From: Candidatus Aenigmatarchaeota archaeon
GTDB taxonomy: Archaea; Aenigmatarchaeota; Aenigmatarchaeia; CG10238-14; SCSR01
Assembly (NCBI GenBank): GCA_039091335.1
Contig: JAWCME010000006.1
Span: forward strand, 1 to 29,002
DNA length: 29,002 bases
Direction: 5' to 3'
Below the pieces are notes generated by a model. It was given only the letters and a program-made list of their open reading frames with translations, ran no database searches and was not told the DNA's origin. The position numbers were made by a program, and so were the translations under genes. The number at the start of each line of letters is the position of its first letter. The first letter of the stretch is position 1. This document shows, piece by piece, positions 24,400 through 29,002 of this stretch.

Positions 24400-26592
24400 A
24401 TGGCTAAAAAAGACCTTACAGAAAGAATTATGGAAGTAATGAAAAATCCTAAAAATATTAGAAATGTTGCTACTTCTTCTCATGTTCATCATGGAAAAAC
24501 TGCTTTAACAGATAACCTAATGGCAGGAGCTGGAATGATTGCCGAGGAAATGGCAGGTAAAGCGATGTTCACATGGTTTGATGAACAAGAGAGAAGAAGA
24601 CAGTTAACAATATATGGAGCAAATGTTTCAATGGTTCATGAGTTTGAAGGTGAAGATTATCTTATTAATTTAGTAGATACTCCTGGACATGTGGATTTTG
24701 GTGGGGATGTTACCAGGGCAATGCGAGCTGTAGATGGCACTATAGTTTTAGTTTGTGCAGTAGAAAGTATAATGCCACAAACAGAAACAGTTTTTCGTCA
24801 AGCATTGCGAGAAAGAGTCAAGCCAGTATTATTTATAAACAAAGTTGACCGTTTGATCAAAGAATTAAAGCTAACACCAGAGCAAATGCAAAAAAGATTT
24901 GAAGAAATAATTCGCGATGTTAATATATTAATTCAAAAATATGCAGAGGATGAATACAAGGATAAATGGCTTGTTAATGTTGCTGATGGTTCTGTTGCAA
25001 TGGGTTCTGCTGTTAAGCGTTGGGCGATCTCCATTCCCTACATGAAAAAAACAGGAATTACTTTTAAAGATATTATAGAACTGACTTTGGCTGGAAAGGA
25101 AGATGAACTTGCTAAGAAAGCGCCATTACATCAAGTAGTTTTAGACATGATTATTAGGCATCTACCAAATCCTCTCGAAGCCCAAAAATATAGATTGAAA
25201 AAAATTTGGAGAGGTGATTTAGAATCAGAAATAGGTAAACAAATGCTATCTTGTGATCCAAATGGTAACTTAGCTATGATTATAACAAAAGTTGTTCCCG
25301 ATCCTCACGTAGGATTTGTTGCTACTGGAAGGATTTTCTCAGGAAAAATTTTTAAAGGAAAGGACGTTTATCTTATCGGTCAGCACAAACAAGAAAAAAT
25401 TCAGCAGGTTGCTGTTTATAAAGGAATTTTGAGAATACCTGTTGATGAAATTGTTGCAGGTAATATTGCTGCTATTATAGGCATACCAGATGCTTTTAGT
25501 GGTGAAACTGTTTGCGAGCCTGACGCTATAATTGAGCCTTTTGAAGAAATAAGACATTTATTTGAGCCAGTCGTTACTAAATCAATTGAACCAAAGAATG
25601 CTATGGAGTTACCAAAATTAGTTGATGCTTTGAAAAGGATTAGTAGAGAAGATGCTGTTCTTCAAGTAAAAATTAATCAAGAAACTGGTGAATACCTTGT
25701 TTCTGGTTTGGGTGAGTTGCATTTGGAAGCGAAAGTTGAAAACAAGTTAAAGGAACAGGGAATTGATGTTGAAATGAGTAAGCCTATAGTTGTTTATCGT
25801 GAGACCATATTTGAAAAATCTCCTGAAGTAGAAGGTAAAAGCCCTAATAAACACAATAAGTTTTACATTACTGTTGAGCCGTTAGAAGAAGGAGTTTATA
25901 ATGCGATGAAAGAAGGGGAAATTCCTAGCACGATTTCAGTAAAAGCAAAAAATATAGAGCTTTTCAAGAAATTGTCTAATAACGGAATGGATTATGATGA
26001 GGCAAAGAATGTTGTTTTAATTCATAACAAAAATGTTTTCTTGGATTTAACAAAAGGAGTGCAATTTATGAACGAAGTTATAGAAATGGTTAAAGAAGCT
26101 TTTGTAAACGTTATGGAAGAAGGGCCTTTGGCAAGAGAACCTTGCACAAAAGTAAAAGTAAAACTGATTGATGCTGAACTACATGAAGACCCTGTCCATC
26201 GTGGTCCTGGACAGATAATGCCTGCTGTAAGGTTTGCGATAAAAGAAGGAATGTTGCGTGCTAATGCAACTTTACTTGAACCAAAGCAGATAATAAGAAT
26301 TGATGTTCCGAGTGAGCTTGTAGGTGAAGTTATAAGGGAGGTCGAAAACAGAAGAGGACAGATACTTGATATGAAAGAAGAGAGGGGTGCTTCTGTCGTG
26401 ACTGCTAAACTGCCAGTAAGCGATATGTTTGGTTTTGATTCTTCCCTGAAATCAGCAACTTCTGGTCGTGGTTTTTATAGTTTAATAGAAACTGTTTTTG
26501 AGAAGCTGCCTGCAGAAATGAGAAACGATGTGATCAAGTCAATAAGAAAGAGGAAAGGACTTTCAGAAGAAATTCCAACACCAGAAACTTAA
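24400..26592 (+). CDS. fusA: Translation elongation factor 2 (aEF-2)
   Basis: G-domain (HGKT, DTPGHVDF, NKVD), GLGELHLE and the diphthamide loop HEDPVHRGPGQ; 730 aa. Confidence 0.97.
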   Translation: MAKKDLTERIMEVMKNPKNIRNVATSSHVHHGKTALTDNLMAGAGMIAEEMAGKAMFTWFDEQERRRQLTIYGANVSMVHEFEGEDYLINLVDTPGHVDFGGDVTRAMRAVDGTIVLVCAVESIMPQTETVFRQALRERVKPVLFINKVDRLIKELKLTPEQMQKRFEEIIRDVNILIQKYAEDEYKDKWLVNVADGSVAMGSAVKRWAISIPYMKKTGITFKDIIELTLAGKEDELAKKAPLHQVVLDMIIRHLPNPLEAQKYRLKKIWRGDLESEIGKQMLSCDPNGNLAMIITKVVPDPHVGFVATGRIFSGKIFKGKDVYLIGQHKQEKIQQVAVYKGILRIPVDEIVAGNIAAIIGIPDAFSGETVCEPDAIIEPFEEIRHLFEPVVTKSIEPKNAMELPKLVDALKRISREDAVLQVKINQETGEYLVSGLGELHLEAKVENKLKEQGIDVEMSKPIVVYRETIFEKSPEVEGKSPNKHNKFYITVEPLEEGVYNAMKEGEIPSTISVKAKNIELFKKLSNNGMDYDEAKNVVLIHNKNVFLDLTKGVQFMNEVIEMVKEAFVNVMEEGPLAREPCTKVKVKLIDAELHEDPVHRGPGQIMPAVRFAIKEGMLRANATLLEPKQIIRIDVPSELVGEVIREVENRRGQILDMKEERGASVVTAKLPVSDMFGFDSSLKSATSGRGFYSLIETVFEKLPAEMRNDVIKSIRKRKGLSEEIPTPET

Positions 26593-26668
26593 ATATATTT
26601 AAATCTTACGTTATAGTAATATAAAAATATAAATACAGGATTAAATATTTATACTGGAGGGATATAGA

Positions 26669-27946
26669 ATGCCTGCAAAACCGCACTTAAATATAATGAC
26701 AGCTGGTCATGTAGATTCGGGAAAATCAACATTGATAGGAAGACTACTATATGACACAGGAGCTATTAAGGAAGAAGAGTTAAGAAAGTTCAAAGAAGCA
26801 GCAAAAGAATTAAAAAAAGAAACTTTTGAGTTTGCATTTGTTATGGATGTTCACAAAGAAGAAAGAGAAAGAGGATTGACTATTGATTTAATGCATAGGC
26901 CATTTGAAACTAACAAATGGTATTTCACTATTATTGACTGTCCTGGACATAGAGATTTTGTTAAGAATATGATTACAGGAGCTTCGCAGGCAGATGCTGC
27001 CATATTCGTCGTTTCTGCGAAAGAAGGAGAAGGTGTTCAGGAGCAAACTAAGGAACATGCTTGGTTAATGAAAGTTCTTGGCATACCACAGATGATAGTT
27101 GTTTTGAATAAGATGGATACTGTTAATTACGATGAAAAAAGATTTAACGAAGTAAAAGAAGATGTAATAAAATTGCTAAAATCTATTGGTTATAAAACTG
27201 AAAATATTCCTTTCATACCAATATCTGCATATATGGGAGATAATGTAGTTAAAAAATCTGCAAACATGCCTTGGTATAAAGGACTTACGCTGGTAGAAGC
27301 TTTAGATACGAACATAACAATGCCTGAAAAACCTGTAGACAAACCTTTGAGATGGCCAATTCAAGATGTATACACAATAACAGGAGTTGGGACTGTTCCT
27401 GTAGGAAGAGTTGAAACTGGTGTAATGAAAGTTGGGGATACTTTAATTTTTGAACCAGCTGGTGTTAAAGGTGAAGTTAAATCAATAGAAATGCATCATC
27501 AGCAAATTCCAGAAGCCAAGCCTGGAGATAATGTTGGTGTAAATGTGAGAGGAGTAAGCAAAGAACAAATAAGAAGGGGAGATGTTGCTGGTCTTGCATC
27601 AAACCCACCAACAGTAGCAAAAGAATTTACTGCCCAGATAATCGTGCTACAGCATCCAACAGTTATTACCGCTGGTTATACTCCAGTATTTCACTGCCAC
27701 ACTGCATCTGTAGCATGTCAAATAGCAGAAATAATCGCAAAAATTGACCCAAGAACAGGAGCTGTGATTCAAGAACATCCTGATTTCATCAAGACTGGTG
27801 ATGCAGCAAAAATAAGAGTTGTTCCAACAAAACCTATGGTAATAGAAAAACAAGCAGATTTCCCAGAGTTAGCAAGATTTGCAATAAGAGATATGGGAAT
27901 AACAGTAGCTGCAGGAGTTTGCTTGGATGTAGTCAAGCTTCGATAA
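26669..27946 (+). CDS. tuf: Translation elongation factor 1-alpha
   Basis: [30 protein letters not shown] and RFAIRDMG motifs; GGAGG SD. Confidence 0.98.
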   Translation: MPAKPHLNIMTAGHVDSGKSTLIGRLLYDTGAIKEEELRKFKEAAKELKKETFEFAFVMDVHKEERERGLTIDLMHRPFETNKWYFTIIDCPGHRDFVKNMITGASQADAAIFVVSAKEGEGVQEQTKEHAWLMKVLGIPQMIVVLNKMDTVNYDEKRFNEVKEDVIKLLKSIGYKTENIPFIPISAYMGDNVVKKSANMPWYKGLTLVEALDTNITMPEKPVDKPLRWPIQDVYTITGVGTVPVGRVETGVMKVGDTLIFEPAGVKGEVKSIEMHHQQIPEAKPGDNVGVNVRGVSKEQIRRGDVAGLASNPPTVAKEFTAQIIVLQHPTVITAGYTPVFHCHTASVACQIAEIIAKIDPRTGAVIQEHPDFIKTGDAAKIRVVPTKPMVIEKQADFPELARFAIRDMGITVAAGVCLDVVKLR

Positions 27947-28106
27947 TGTATGTCTTACCTACATAAATTAACTTGTTTTTAAAATTTAAATAGCTTGATG
28001 ATCAGCTCTCTTTTTCTCAGAACTTTTAGAACTTATTTCCGTATGGTAAATTTCTCTAATTATCTGCCAGCTCTTAGGGAGCACCTTCTTTATCTCGTCA
28101 TTCACT

Positions 28107-28337
28107 TTAGTCGCGCACCCTATATAAATTTAGGATCTTAACGTATCTGAATTCTATGTTTCTAACTCGCCTCAACCTATTGCTTAATTCCTTTAACTCA
28201 AGCAACGATTCTACATCGAACAAAGCATAAACTGCATTCTCATGCATCCAAAGTTTAAAACCATCGGTAAGCTTGCTCAAGTATTTCGCAACTTTTTCAC
28301 TCCTAACATTCTTGCACTTAAGCATTACTCTTAACAT
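28107..28337 (-). CDS. Small hypothetical protein
   Basis: 76-aa ORF with a globular alpha/beta-like pattern; no recognised motif. Confidence 0.5.
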   Translation of the reverse strand: MLRVMLKCKNVRSEKVAKYLSKLTDGFKLWMHENAVYALFDVESLLELKELSNRLRRVRNIEFRYVKILNLYRVRD

Positions 28338-28482
28338 TTAATAATTTCCTGTATTGTAGCAATAAAAGCATCTCCTTTAATCCTGTAGAATCTATTTCTT
28401 CCAAAATTCTTTTGGCTATTGGTTTAAGCCTATCCTCTTCCTTTATAAAGGCAAGCAATAAATCTGATTCTATTAAAATCTA
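28331..28482 (-). pseudogene. Truncated, frameshifted PIN-domain (VapC-like) toxin
   Basis: After the AGGTGA SD the start position reads TAG, then ILIESDLLLAFIKEEDRLKPIAKRILEEID; continues in a shifted frame as ..IATIQEII then stops. Confidence 0.6.
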
Positions 28483-28617
28483 AATCACCTTTTTAGCCTT
28501 TTCTCCGCAAGCCTTTGAGCAGTCCAAAGCCTCTTTCTTCATATCATAAACAGATTCCTTAACCTTGATCCTTAACTCCTCCTTGCTCATGAGGTCCTTG
28601 ATTACTTTAGGGATGTG
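28480..28617 (-). pseudogene. Possible antitoxin remnant upstream of the PIN pseudogene
   Basis: Open frame HIPKVIKDLMSKEELRIKVKESVYDMKKEA..., ending at the PIN start; identity inferred from position. Confidence 0.3.
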
Positions 28618-28637
28618 ACAGGCGGAGAATAAGCCTT

Positions 28638-28955
28638 ATGATAATATCTTTCGCCTTAGGAATGTTGATTGGGCCCATATTTGCAGAATTCATTATCAGC
28701 AAAAAACTTGGAAAATCGTATACAATCTTTAGTGTGGTGTACACTACCCTATTATCTGCATATTATAAATACTTTATTGATCCGATGTCTACCATTCTAA
28801 ATGGGTCATATTTAGTGCTCCATGGACCTTTAGTATATCTTGTTGGATTAATCGCTAGCCTTCTCATATTTCTCATTTACAAATCTCGAAGGTCGAGATT
28901 TAAGAGGAGCTCGCTAAGTCATACTCCTTTAAAGCTTTCTCTAAATTTTCCTTAA
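28638..28955 (+). CDS. Hypothetical membrane protein, possibly 5'-truncated
   Basis: Three hydrophobic segments and a basic tail. Confidence 0.5.
   Translation: MIISFALGMLIGPIFAEFIISKKLGKSYTIFSVVYTTLLSAYYKYFIDPMSTILNGSYLVLHGPLVYLVGLIASLLIFLIYKSRRSRFKRSSLSHTPLKLSLNFP
28881..28901. repeat. Perfect 9-bp hairpin
   Basis: AAATCTCGA-AGG-TCGAGATTT. Confidence 0.6.
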
Positions 28956-29002
28956 ATCTTCGGCGTAAGTCTCGCGGTCTTCGCAGACAGATGCCTAGAG
29001 CT

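Noticed and set aside
611..27853. Many antisense or alternate-frame ORFs in the track (e.g. 611-811, 2883-3221, 4180-4539, 18433-19104, 21206-21748, 22371-22760, 27647-27853)
   Set aside because: They are shadows of well-supported genes on the opposite strand, with Phe/Ser/Ile-rich composition and no motifs.
28480..28488. Stop-codon readthrough or recoding at GTG-ATT-TAG before the PIN remnant
   Set aside because: TAG terminates rpoH, L30e and S12 normally, and the remnant is also frameshifted; a pseudogene is the simpler explanation.

Overview
AT-rich archaeal chromosomal segment. The compact gene packing, the divergent core proteins and the stand-alone 5S gene suggest a DPANN lineage, possibly Aenigmarchaeota-like; this is inference. 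The left part holds tRNA-handling and housekeeping genes: RNase Z, CCA-adding enzyme, an amidohydrolase, tRNA-Gln, a YbaK-family deacylase, ThrRS, a TrmB regulator, DNA ligase, a nitroreductase and a surface protein. Next come tRNA-Tyr, 5S rRNA and tRNA-Asp, then the cluster rpoH-rpoB''-rpoB'-rpoA'-rpoA''(intein)-L30e-nusA-S12-[orphan]-S7-EF-2-EF-1alpha. The window ends in a decayed vapBC-like accessory patch. Most notable observations: (1) a 28-nt intergenic element upstream of the EF-2 promoter is the exact reverse complement of an internal EF-2 coding segment; (2) all three tRNA genes carry very short non-canonical D-loop introns (15/16, 15/16, 21/22) with bulge-helix-bulge-like structure, and tRNA-Tyr has two introns; (3) near-invariant motifs are substituted in S12, the EF-2 G-domain, the RNAP bridge helix, DNA ligase motif I and the CCA enzyme; (4) a degenerate tRNA-like element lies upstream of 5S, and paired palindromic operators share a motif with the trmB promoter.
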